Virus record (IMG/VR): IMGVR_UViG_3300038797_000068
Coordinates: 1-24,749 of that record
DNA length: 24,749 nt
From: a virus
Taxonomy: Duplodnaviria > Caudoviricetes
Reading direction: 5' to 3' (one strand)
Both the position numbers and the translations under genes were made by a program. The notes beneath the pieces are model-generated. The model worked only from the letters and a program-made list of their open reading frames with translations. It had not been told where the DNA came from and did no database searches. Numbering within the stretch: position 1 is the first letter of the stretch; every line of letters starts with the position of its first letter. Positions 1 through 7,748 of the stretch are shown here, one piece after another.

Positions 1-335
1 GTCAGCGGATCGATGCCGCCGATGACGTTGTTCAGGGTGTCCGCCGGGGTCGCGCCCTCTTCGACGATGACCACGTAGACCGGCACCTTGACCACCTTCA
101 GGATCTGGAACACCGCGTGATACAGCGTGCCCTCCTCGGCCCCCGTCGGGTCGAGCAGCGCCTGGGTGGTGAAGCTGTTGATGCGAAACGGCGCATTGCG
201 CGGAATCAGCGGGTCGGCCTGCGGCGCGGTGCCGACCAGGCCAATGACGTTGTCACCCAGGCCACCCATGGCCTCGGGAGATTCGGTGGCATTGACGGTA
301 ATGCCGTTGTGCTCGAAGTTCAAAACCTCAGCCAT
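1..335 (-). CDS. Tailocin contractile tail sheath protein, N-terminal part (runs off the window edge)
   Basis: Not in the ORF track; translated by hand from the ATG at 335: MAEVLNFEHNGITVNATESPEAMGGLGDNVIGLVGTAPQADPLIP... The H-x-G-I-T-V and VIGLVGTAP motifs are typical of P2 FI-like sheath N-termini, and the position fits. Confidence 0.85.
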   Translation of the reverse strand, partial: MAEVLNFEHNGITVNATESPEAMGGLGDNVIGLVGTAPQADPLIPRNAPFRINSFTTQALLDPTGAEEGTLYHAVFQILKVVKVPVYVVIVEEGATPADTLNNVIGGIDPL

Positions 336-337
336 GG

Positions 338-547
338 TTATTCAGCCTTCTTGGCAGCGGCTTTTTTCGCCGCGGTGGATGGAGAAGCCGACTCGGCAGC
401 TTCGGTTTTTTTCAGTTCCAGTCGACCGGCCGTGCGCAACGCGCTGGCCTCGACCTCGAGCAGATTCAGCGCCTGGCCGATGCTCGACCAGTGACCACCC
501 CCGACGGGGAATGGGCGCACTACGGTGTACGTTTGGCGTTCTGCCAT
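338..547 (-). CDS. Small hypothetical tailocin protein (69 aa) upstream of the sheath
   Basis: MAERQTYTVVRPFP... is the tail end of ORF 338..751. There is a GGAGA RBS before the ATG at 547, and the stop is 2 nt before the sheath start. Confidence 0.7.
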   Translation of the reverse strand: MAERQTYTVVRPFPVGGGHWSSIGQALNLLEVEASALRTAGRLELKKTEAAESASPSTAAKKAAAKKAE

Positions 548-566
548 GGGTGTTTCTCCATGCATG

Positions 567-590
567 AAAAAGCCCCTTGAAGAAGGGGCT
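567..590 (-). terminator. Intrinsic terminator-like hairpin
   Basis: Minus strand reads AGCCCCTTC-TTC-AAGGGGCT-TTTT. Confidence 0.6.
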
Positions 591-621
591 GAGGGGGGGG
601 GGTGAGTGGTGTGCAACCGGG

Positions 622-652
622 AAAGAAAACGCCCCGGCGGTGCGGGGCGTTT
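622..652 (-). terminator. Intrinsic terminator after the tail fibre chaperone
   Basis: Minus strand reads AAACGCCCCG-CACCGC-CGGGGCGTTT-TCTTT. Confidence 0.7.
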
Positions 653-1151
653 ATTGTGGATCTGGAGGTAGACCCACATTCGCAGCGGGGTCAGGTGCCG
701 GTTCAGGCCAGCCTTCCAGCAACATGGGGTTGCGGTATTCGCCGTTCTCAACTGCGCGTAGCAAAGCCAACTCTCGGTCGAAACAGGCTTGCACGTGGGT
801 GCGTACAGCCGTCGCCAGGCCCAGAAGTTCAGAGGCGTTCAATGCGATGAAACCGTTGCCGGTTTTCCAGTTACACGTGTAAGCCGGATCGATAATCGCC
901 GAAACCGCAGCGCCCGCAATCAAGGCCTGACCCTCGCGGGAGGTATCGATGACAAAGCCGTTGACCGAGACTCCGACGCGCTCGCGCCGGTAACGCTCAG
1001 CTGCAATCACGGCGGGATAATCCACCTCCGGAGATGGCGCAGCCGCCAGTGCCAAAGCGTCCGACTCGCTGATGGGCGACAGACCTTCCGGTGCTTGCGT
1101 TTCGTTCACGAAGGCAAAAACATTTCCAGCAGCGTCAATGAAATAGTGCAT
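651..1151 (-). CDS. Tail fibre assembly chaperone (DUF4376-like C-terminus)
   Basis: Directly follows the fibre with a TGATG overlap at 1151 (start MHYFID). The stretch AAERYRRE..G..V.G..IDT.RE.Q....WKT..GF..L resembles DUF4376. Confidence 0.75.
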   Translation of the reverse strand: MHYFIDAAGNVFAFVNETQAPEGLSPISESDALALAAAPSPEVDYPAVIAAERYRRERVGVSVNGFVIDTSREGQALIAGAAVSAIIDPAYTCNWKTGNGFIALNASELLGLATAVRTHVQACFDRELALLRAVENGEYRNPMLLEGWPEPAPDPAANVGLPPDPQ

Positions 1152-2503
1152 CAGCGGATCTCCACCCAATTGCTAATCGTGTAGCTGCCCGTCGGAACCT
1201 TGTAGGTTGAACCTGCAGGGATAATTGCGAACACCGCGAGGCTAAGGCCCGTGTTCGGGAACGACGATCCGAAGATGCTGACCCCATCGACAATGACCGT
1301 GGCAGTCTGGTTCGCGGTTGTACCGACAAGCGCCACGTTGACGACGATAGGCAGGGTTGAACTGTTGGTGTAGGTGACGTTGATAGCTCGCGACGCCTTG
1401 ACGTCTGTGGGGGTTTTGAACAGCTGGGAAAGTTTGTTGTTGAGCGTCAGCACCTGAGCTTCCAGCGCAGCGACGTCAATGTTTCCCTGGTTGATCGGTG
1501 CGTTCCAGGCTTTGATGCACCACATGACTGCCAGGTTGCGTGGGCGGGTTTCACTGGCAGTACGGGACGCTCCGTTGACGCCATCCGTGACCGCATCACG
1601 AATACGAGCATAGGAAGGGCCACGTACATCCTTTTTTGTCGCAGGTACGTCAAATCCGTCTTGAAATGTCGTGCCCGATCGCCCGCCATCAACATACCAA
1701 TAGTCGTGCCAATGACCTTGAAATGCGTCTATCTGGTTACTGCCAATCGCCCGCCCAGCATCCACCCCTCGTCCATGATCCCACCCGCGCAAAAACTCCC
1801 CACGGGACTCCGGCAGCCGAAAATTACCCGCCCCTTCTCCCCCGGTATTGAAGGTCGTGCCCAGGAACGCATACAGATCCGGATAGGTCGCAATGCTCTG
1901 CACGCTGCCATCAACTTCCAGAAAACCCGGCGGCACCGTCGCCTTGGGAAACGCCACCATCGAGCCCACTGGCAACGCCGAAGCCTGCGCGATCATGGCC
2001 TCGATTTCAGCCCTGGTACTTGCCAGTTCGTCAGCGAGGTAACCCATCACCCACGCCCGGGTCGCTTTCACCACGGTGTCGTCGATCAACAAGGTCACGA
2101 GCGAGGCGTTGCTGGTCTCGAAAATCGAGCGGATGTAGAACTCCTTGCCCGAACCCGACGTCGCCAGCACCGGCTTGAACGATTCCGGGTATTTGACGAT
2201 GGCGTAGAGAATGCCGGTGTCGGTCCAGAGCCCGGCTTCCCTCACGTACCAGCCACCCTCTTGCGGTGGGATGGTCACTTCGGCGAGCAGCCAGCTGGGG
2301 TTCTTTTCGTCCTGGAACAGGGCGTTGAGCGGCCCGCGCCAGACTTCCCGCTTGAGCGCAGTGGCGGTTGCCGCCGGGTTGTAAACCGCGCCGCCGCCAT
2401 CGCCGACCGAAATCTGCGACAACTTGATCGGCACGCCCGCCGCCTTGCAGGCGGTTTCGTAGGCAATTCCTGCGTTCGTGAGCAGGGTGTAATAGTCGGC
2501 CAT
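1151..2503 (-). CDS. Tailocin tail fibre protein (450 aa)
   Basis: P2 gpH/DUF3751-like N-terminus (YYTLLTNAG...VGDGGG...GGWYVREAGL), a tail collar domain (PVGSMVAF...YPDLYAFLG...FRLPESRGEFLRGWDHGRGVD), SETRPRNLA, and a beta-rich C-terminal tip. Confidence 0.92.
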   Translation of the reverse strand: MADYYTLLTNAGIAYETACKAAGVPIKLSQISVGDGGGAVYNPAATATALKREVWRGPLNALFQDEKNPSWLLAEVTIPPQEGGWYVREAGLWTDTGILYAIVKYPESFKPVLATSGSGKEFYIRSIFETSNASLVTLLIDDTVVKATRAWVMGYLADELASTRAEIEAMIAQASALPVGSMVAFPKATVPPGFLEVDGSVQSIATYPDLYAFLGTTFNTGGEGAGNFRLPESRGEFLRGWDHGRGVDAGRAIGSNQIDAFQGHWHDYWYVDGGRSGTTFQDGFDVPATKKDVRGPSYARIRDAVTDGVNGASRTASETRPRNLAVMWCIKAWNAPINQGNIDVAALEAQVLTLNNKLSQLFKTPTDVKASRAINVTYTNSSTLPIVVNVALVGTTANQTATVIVDGVSIFGSSFPNTGLSLAVFAIIPAGSTYKVPTGSYTISNWVEIR

Positions 2504-3139
2504 TCAGGACCCCTGTGGATAAATAGTGGAGATTTCGACGGTGTAGAGCGCGCCGGCCTTGAAGGCCAGACCCGACACCTCCAGCCCTTCGAGAACGATG
2601 GGATAAACCGTGGTCAGCTCACCGCACACCGTCGCGGCGCCGACGACGTGGTTGCCGAAGGCACTCAGGCCGACCGACACCGACAACAGGTCGCGCTCGC
2701 TCTTGGCCTCCGCCAATCGACGGTCAAGACGGGCATCGATGGCCTCGCTGTAGGGTTGTTCGGTGAACGCCCGGACGTTGAAGCTGTAGGGCGGGCCCGG
2801 TGGTGTCTGCTCGTACCAGGCGCGCACTTCGGGCCTCAGGCGCAGGCCCCTGGCGGCGTTTTCCAGGGCCTGCCGCGTCCCGGCCTGGCGCGCCGTGGGC
2901 CAGGCCAGTTGCACAGTCAGGCGTTTTTCCACCTCGCTCGCCTCTGAACTCCATTCGCTGACACCACGATCCGCCGCGAGGTACGGCAGAAAAGCCAACG
3001 GCGTCCCGGTCGGGTTCATCAGCTCGGGAAACGGCGGTGCGATGCGGTCAAGCAATACGCCAAAGCCGATATCCAGGGCTTTTTCCAGTGCAGAGCTATT
3101 AGGTGGCAACAGGCTCGATCGAGAGTGTTCGTCATTCAT
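2504..3139 (-). CDS. Baseplate/tail protein I (P2 gpI-like)
   Basis: SLLPPNSSALEKAL and LAFLPYLAADRGVSEW motifs; lies between J and the fibre. Confidence 0.88.
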   Translation of the reverse strand: MNDEHSRSSLLPPNSSALEKALDIGFGVLLDRIAPPFPELMNPTGTPLAFLPYLAADRGVSEWSSEASEVEKRLTVQLAWPTARQAGTRQALENAARGLRLRPEVRAWYEQTPPGPPYSFNVRAFTEQPYSEAIDARLDRRLAEAKSERDLLSVSVGLSAFGNHVVGAATVCGELTTVYPIVLEGLEVSGLAFKAGALYTVEISTIYPQGS

Positions 3140-4131
3140 AACGCCAGCACCTCAACCTCGACAGCAGTGCAATACGGCGCCTCGAAAGCCGTGGTCACGA
3201 TCGGCTCCAGCGGCTCGAGGATTTCCAGTTGAACCGCGCCTGCGCTGTGCAGCGTGTAGTCGATCCAGCTGGGGTCGACTCGCCCTTCCAGGCGATGACA
3301 GCTTTGGGCATACGCCTGCAATTGCTGCTGTGCGGCGAGCCTGGTCAGCCCCGAATCCGGGCCGGCATTGATCCTCGCGACGACGCGGATCCTGTAGTTT
3401 TTGATGTGCGCCCCCTGCACCGTGACCCGGTCGGTTTCCGGTCGCACGTCCGGCCGTGCGAAATGCTCGCGGACTCCGTCGAGCAACGCCTCGGAGGCCG
3501 AACCATCGCCCTCCCGCGCCAGCACCGTGACCATGACCTCGCCCGGGGCCGTGCGGCGTCCATTGCCGTCCTTGACCTGTGCCGCCAAGCCGTCCGGCGC
3601 GAAGGTGTAGGTCACCGTGACCTCGCCCGGCGCATGGGTATCGACCTTCACCACGGGGCGCTCGCCAAGGGTGAACACCTCGCGACGATACTGCATGCGC
3701 GACCCGGCAGCCGGCGCATGGGGCGCCAGGTAATAGCGCAAACGCGCGTCATCGTCGCTTTCATACACCGGCGCAATCGGCGGAAACGCCTGGGGATCGC
3801 CGGGGTCCAGCAGTTGACGCTCGAGCCCCATGTCGGCAAGGCGCGCATCCAGATTGCTGCCGGTCGCCCACCAGGCCAGCATCTGCTTGATCCGGGCGTT
3901 GTATTTGCGCTCATGGAGTTGCAGGCGCACACAAAAGGCTTCGAGCGCCAGGGTCAGCAATTCGCTTTCGTTTTCCAGACTCGCCTTGAGCTTCACCGCC
4001 GTCTGCGCAGACCGGGCGCCGACGTATTCGACGACGAAGCGCTTGAACTCGGCGAGCAGGTCCTCGAAAGCCTCGACGGTGACAATCGAGGGTTCGGCCA
4101 GTTGGTTCTGGCCAGGGATCAACATGCTCAT
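3136..4131 (-). CDS. Baseplate J-like wedge protein
   Basis: ATGSNLDARLA, ESDDDARLR, AAGS and VRPETDRVTV motifs of the P2 gpJ family; 4-nt overlaps with both neighbours. Confidence 0.9.
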   Translation of the reverse strand: MSMLIPGQNQLAEPSIVTVEAFEDLLAEFKRFVVEYVGARSAQTAVKLKASLENESELLTLALEAFCVRLQLHERKYNARIKQMLAWWATGSNLDARLADMGLERQLLDPGDPQAFPPIAPVYESDDDARLRYYLAPHAPAAGSRMQYRREVFTLGERPVVKVDTHAPGEVTVTYTFAPDGLAAQVKDGNGRRTAPGEVMVTVLAREGDGSASEALLDGVREHFARPDVRPETDRVTVQGAHIKNYRIRVVARINAGPDSGLTRLAAQQQLQAYAQSCHRLEGRVDPSWIDYTLHSAGAVQLEILEPLEPIVTTAFEAPYCTAVEVEVLAL

Positions 4132-4460
4132 GTCACCACCTCGAAGGTTTGCGTGCGATTGTTCCAGGTGCCGGCAAAGCGCAACACCAGCCCGGCGCCC
4201 CGGCGACTGGCGACGATGGCCTGCGGCTGGAAATCGCCGATGCCGTTCTGTTCGTTGTAAAAGGCCTGGGCGGCATGGCTCTGGGCGAGGAGCAACAGGT
4301 CATCGCCCAGGTTGCGACCCAGCAGGTCCGGGATCAGCGAGCCATACAGCGGACGCTTCTGCCGCGTGCCCAGGGGGGTGGTCAGCGCCCGGGTGGCACG
4401 CTGCACGAACTGCGGCCAGTCGTCGACCGCCGCCCCGGTGTTTCTATCGATTCCGATCAT
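4128..4460 (-). CDS. Baseplate gpW/gp25-like protein
   Basis: MIGIDRNTG...LTTPLGTRQKRPLYGS is the gpW signature. Confidence 0.88.
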   Translation of the reverse strand: MIGIDRNTGAAVDDWPQFVQRATRALTTPLGTRQKRPLYGSLIPDLLGRNLGDDLLLLAQSHAAQAFYNEQNGIGDFQPQAIVASRRGAGLVLRFAGTWNNRTQTFEVVT

Positions 4461-4470
4461 GGGAGACTCT

Positions 4471-5082
4471 TCATGCGGTACTGATGACGCGACCCTGGTG
4501 ATCCACCACCGGGCCGCTCAGGTGCACACCGGAAGCGTCGAGTCGCAAACCGACCGCGCCCAGTTGCAGTTCGATGGCCTCGGGCGTGATCACCAGACTC
4601 GCCGGCCCGAGATTCAACTCGAGCGCTTCGCGAGAGCCGTTGAACGCCGCCGGGCCGTTCTTCCAGTGCAAGGCGTGAAGGGCATCGTCGTAGCCGCTTT
4701 CCGTGCCGTCCAGGTAGAGGCGACGCGTCAGCGAAGCCTGGGTCGAGACGGGTGGAAACTGGCTGCCGTTGAGCCCGAACAACGCCACCGACTGCGCGCC
4801 GCCGTCGCCGCCGCCATGGTTGAGCAACAGGCATTGCTCGCCGACCGAGGGAATGCGCGATTCGCTTTGGGCCCCGGCGCTGGGGTTGAAAAAGCGGATC
4901 GCCGGGGTCAGCAACTCGCCGTGGCTGACTCTGCAGGTGTTGCTGGCCGCATCGACCTCCTGGCACACGCCGACCCGGCACACACTGTCGGTGCGCCGGT
5001 AAAGGTCTTCCAGCTGCGCTTCCATCTCGGCCAGGCGCTCGATGACCGGCCCCAGTTGCTGGCGTAAAAACCCGTCGAACAT
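4471..5082 (-). CDS. Baseplate spike protein V (gpV)
   Basis: OB-fold motif RVG...VD...RV and PSVGEQCLLL..GG; YLDGTESGYD beta-helix start. Confidence 0.9.
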   Translation of the reverse strand: MFDGFLRQQLGPVIERLAEMEAQLEDLYRRTDSVCRVGVCQEVDAASNTCRVSHGELLTPAIRFFNPSAGAQSESRIPSVGEQCLLLNHGGGDGGAQSVALFGLNGSQFPPVSTQASLTRRLYLDGTESGYDDALHALHWKNGPAAFNGSREALELNLGPASLVITPEAIELQLGAVGLRLDASGVHLSGPVVDHQGRVISTA

Positions 5083-5085
5083 GCC

Positions 5086-5610
5086 TCAGTCCTCCAGTTC
5101 GGTGTATTGATCGGGGTCGTCGATGTTCGAGACCTCCCAGGTCTTGGCGAATTTCGGGATGCCCAGCGGGTCGTCGAGCAGCAGCGCACCGAGGTAGAGC
5201 GTCTGGTCGAAGGCCAGGGTCCAGGCGGAATAGGCCTGCGCGTCACTGAGGAAAGTCGACGGCAAGGCGTCGATGTTTTGCGGCAGATCGCACTGACCGG
5301 ACGGCAAGCCCCAGCGGTTATCGGTGATCAACCCTTTGAGTACGCAGGCCAGATCGCACGCGGCCAGGCCTGGATCGGCCAGCGTCGGCGACGTGATGAT
5401 TTGCAGCGAGATCGTCAGGGCATGGGCGATACGTCCATCAGGGGCACGGCTGGCGCTGGCATTGCGCTCGCAGGTGATCAGGGCCCAGGCCTGGTCGAAG
5501 GTGGCGTCGAAGTCCTGGGGACTTGCGACGTTCAAACCCAGGCCCGCCGAGCGCAGGGCTTGAGCGATGGCAAGCAGCAGCCGCGACGGCCTGTCGATGT
5601 CGAGGGACAT
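5086..5610 (-). CDS. Conserved tailocin protein, probable tail completion/terminator
   Basis: 174-aa ORF between holin and gpV, the usual position of the tail cap gene in R-type tailocins. Function is inferred from gene order only. Confidence 0.6.
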   Translation of the reverse strand: MSLDIDRPSRLLLAIAQALRSAGLGLNVASPQDFDATFDQAWALITCERNASASRAPDGRIAHALTISLQIITSPTLADPGLAACDLACVLKGLITDNRWGLPSGQCDLPQNIDALPSTFLSDAQAYSAWTLAFDQTLYLGALLLDDPLGIPKFAKTWEVSNIDDPDQYTELED

Positions 5611-5696
5611 AAGGTGACTTCCTGTGCATAGGTCCAGGCTCCGGCTGCGGGTTCATGCAGCGAAGCGCGGTGGCCGTAACGGCCGATGAATGGGGT

Positions 5697-6044
5697 TTAC
5701 TGATCCGGACGGGAGTCCGGCGGCGGTACCTCGCATACGCCGATGCGCCTGGCCGCCCAGCGTTCATACAGGCCGATGGCGACATCCGCGCCCGCCATCG
5801 CCGTGAGGCAACCAAAAGCGCCGGCGACCCAGATCGACAGGCCGGCGGCATACAACAGCATGATCGCCGACACCCCGCAGATCATGCAGGCCCCGGAGCG
5901 CAAGGCCAGACGCCGCAGCAGCGACCAGCCGCGAGCGCCCTCCTTGTCGGCGCGCCACATTTCGCCGGACACCCCACCCATCAAGGCGAGCACGATGACC
6001 AGCCAGATCGGCATGTCCAGCAACGCCAGTTGCTCGTTTGTCAT
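5697..6044 (-). CDS. hol: Tailocin holin
   Basis: 115 aa with about 3 hydrophobic helices (MPIWLVIVLALMGGVSGEMWRADK...), AGGAGG RBS, first gene of the tailocin operon. Confidence 0.88.
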   Translation of the reverse strand: MTNEQLALLDMPIWLVIVLALMGGVSGEMWRADKEGARGWSLLRRLALRSGACMICGVSAIMLLYAAGLSIWVAGAFGCLTAMAGADVAIGLYERWAARRIGVCEVPPPDSRPDQ

Positions 6045-6112
6045 GTCACGCCTCCTTGGGTGATTGATGAATGAAAGGCAGGTGGTGGGTTAAGAAGAAA
6101 TGTCGTGTGGTA

Positions 6113-6156
6113 GGCATTCCAAAAAGCCCGGCTTGCACCGGGCTTTTCAGTAATGC
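6113..6156 (-). terminator. Terminator-like hairpin at the 3' end of the tailocin leader
   Basis: Minus strand reads AAAAGCCCGG-TGCAAG-CCGGGCTTTTT; the flanking GCATT and AATGC can extend the stem. Confidence 0.7.
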
Positions 6157-6376
6157 GGTCCTTCGCGTTGACCTTTCGGCGCGACTGGCGCGGTACGGGT
6201 CCATTCAGATTGTTTTTCCGACCGCGGTCCCTGCCCGCCGGATAACTGCTTCTGGTGCTTTACGCTGCACACCCGGGTCAGTTGCCAACCCTCTGAACCG
6301 TTGAGGCCGGTTCATCGCTGCCTGTTGTGGTGGAACTGAAGAGCTTCGTTGCGAGCTGCTTTGTCGAGCGGCTTGA
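6113..6376 (-). ncRNA. Putative structured cis-acting leader RNA
   Basis: Lies between a clear promoter and the holin, with no credible ORF. It has a boxA-like GCTCTTCA, three back-to-back hairpins, a GAAA tetraloop hairpin and a terminator. Confidence 0.5.
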
Positions 6377-6381
6377 GACGA

Positions 6382-6410
6382 AGAATATGCATGGATGCAT
6401 ATACAGTCAA
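6382..6410 (-). promoter_or_regulatory. Sigma70 promoter of the tailocin operon
   Basis: Minus strand TTGACT (6410-6405), 17-nt spacer, TATTCT (6387-6382). Confidence 0.75.
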
Positions 6411-6435
6411 TGCATAAATGCATTTATTTATGCAT
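6387..6435. repeat. Five ATGCAT palindromes over the promoter (candidate repressor operators)
   Basis: ATGCAT starts at 6387, 6395, 6410, 6418 and 6430. Confidence 0.65.
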
Positions 6436-6495
6436 TTTAATTGCACGAACGCATGGAAGCCCCGCAGGCAAAGGCGCTGACGATTTTTGCAGGCG

Positions 6496-6523
6496 AAAAA
6501 AAACCCGCACGATGGCGGGTTTT
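6496..6523 (-). terminator. Intrinsic terminator after prtR
   Basis: Minus strand reads AAAACCCGC-CATCGT-GCGGGTTTTTTTT. Confidence 0.8.
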
Positions 6524-6540
6524 ATCTGACAGAGGCTGGC

Positions 6541-7275
6541 CTAACGGGCGTACATGCCCCACCAGAAGACGTGACCGAGGATGACAATTTGCTCTTCCTG
6601 CATTTCCTGGAAGCTGTAGTCCTCGTCCGGGTGCTCATCGCGATTGAAACTGCGCAGGCGAATGCCGGTTGGCAGGCGATACAACTGTTTCACCCGCAAT
6701 TGCCCATTGTGGTTGATGGCATAGAGGTCGCCGTCGACGATATCGCCGATGCCACTCTTGCCGGCGTTGACCCCGACGGTGGCGCCGTCACGCAGCACCG
6801 GCAACATGCTGTTGCCGCGTACCGTGACGCATTTGGCCTGATCGAACTGCACGCCGTTGTGCCGCAGGCTGCGCTTGCCAAAGCGCAGGCTGGCGCGCTC
6901 GCTCTCTTCAATGACGAATCTTCCTGATCCCGCCGCCAATTCAACCTCGCGAAGAAAGGGGACCGACACCTCGTCGTCATCGACGGGCGTATCGTCGTCC
7001 CACAGACTGATGTCCTTGAGTTCGGCGTGCACTTGATCGCGCCCGGCACCGGCGGCGGACGCCACATCGGCGCGGCCGCGCAACTGGTCGGTGCTCACGG
7101 CGAAGTACTCGGCGATCTTCGAGATGTGTTTGTCCGAAGGGTCGACAATCTTGCCGCTGAGGATTCGCGAGAGGGTGGATTGAGGCACGCCGGTGCGACG
7201 GTGAAGCTCCGTGGGGGAGATCCCGTGCTGATCGAGCAGCGCTCTGAGGACGGTAGAAACATTGCGTTTTTGCAT
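6541..7275 (-). CDS. prtR: PrtR-like XRE/S24 autocleaving repressor
   Basis: N-terminal HTH (ISPTELHRRTGVPQSTLSRILSG), AAG cleavage site (ELAAGSG), catalytic Ser in VRGNSMLP and Lys in LRVKQL. Likely start is MQKRNV at 7275. Divergent from mutS, as in fluorescens-group tailocin loci. Confidence 0.92.
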   Translation of the reverse strand: MQKRNVSTVLRALLDQHGISPTELHRRTGVPQSTLSRILSGKIVDPSDKHISKIAEYFAVSTDQLRGRADVASAAGAGRDQVHAELKDISLWDDDTPVDDDEVSVPFLREVELAAGSGRFVIEESERASLRFGKRSLRHNGVQFDQAKCVTVRGNSMLPVLRDGATVGVNAGKSGIGDIVDGDLYAINHNGQLRVKQLYRLPTGIRLRSFNRDEHPDEDYSFQEMQEEQIVILGHVFWWGMYAR

Positions 7276-7474
7276 ATCGCGCATAGTGCTTGATCTTTTT
7301 TGCGAAGACAAATGCTGTTTTGCATAAACCGTGCATGGACAGTGGAAATGTTTCCCGAGGCTTTCATGCCTGCGTCAGGCGGACCGCCCATGGTAACCTT
7401 GCGCCCATCGCGGAAAAGCCGGGTCAATGCCCCTCCTTTGCCCTACACCTTTCAACGAATCTGCCTGATATCCG

Positions 7475-7585
7475 ATGAATAAAGCACTGTCCGATCTGTC
7501 CTCGCACACGCCGATGATGCAGCAGTACTTCGGGAAGTGGCTCGCAGGCCTTGAAATTCACGGGTATGCACTGGCAATTGTCTAA
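7475..7585 (+). pseudogene. mutS: 5' fragment of mutS (18 codons) fused to prophage-derived sequence
   Basis: Translated by hand: MNKALSDLSSHTPMMQQY|FGKWLAGLEIHGYALAIV*. HTPMMQQY is the conserved MutS N-terminus. The expected continuation (about [21 protein letters not shown]) is absent. Confidence 0.9.
7505..7529 (+). other. Probable prophage attachment core inside mutS
   Basis: MutS similarity ends after CACACGCCGATGATGCAGCAGTACT. The exact core length needs the other prophage end, which is outside the window. Confidence 0.7.
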
Positions 7586-7652
7586 AACCCAAACTCGACG
7601 TAGGCGCCTTTCGACCCAATGAAACCGGGCAAGGCCGAGTTAGTTTTAGACA
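7579..7652. repeat. Inverted repeat next to the att site
   Basis: TGTCTAAAAC (7579-7588) and GTTTTAGACA (7643-7652), extended inward by AACTCG/CGAGTT. Confidence 0.65.
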
Positions 7653-7748
7653 GCTTTTCACCCTTCCCGGCGTCCTGCCGACCGAATACCCAACCCCAAA
7701 ATCTACAATTCGTCGCCCTGCCCTCGCCCAATAGCCGCGCCTCGATTA

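Noticed and set aside
593-602. G10 run as a phase-variation switch
   Set aside because: Intergenic and not within a recognisable promoter; one sequence gives no evidence of length variation.
1661-5631. Long plus-strand ORFs (1661..2947, 3229..4260, 4312..5067, 5107..5631)
   Set aside because: Antisense shadows of well-supported tailocin genes in GC-rich DNA, with no recognisable motifs.
6205-6423. 72-aa ORF as a possible prtN or cro gene
   Set aside because: It starts upstream of and runs through the promoter, has no RBS or HTH, and the region is better explained as a leader RNA.
6387-6435. ATGCAT repeats as a CRISPR array or iterons
   Set aside because: Only 6-bp units with 2-9 bp gaps, no cas or rep gene, and they overlap a promoter.
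1-7275. Left module as part of the same prophage
   Set aside because: It lies on the host side of the mutS breakpoint, duplicates baseplate and sheath functions with a different (P2-like) lineage, and goes from repressor to holin to tail with no head genes.
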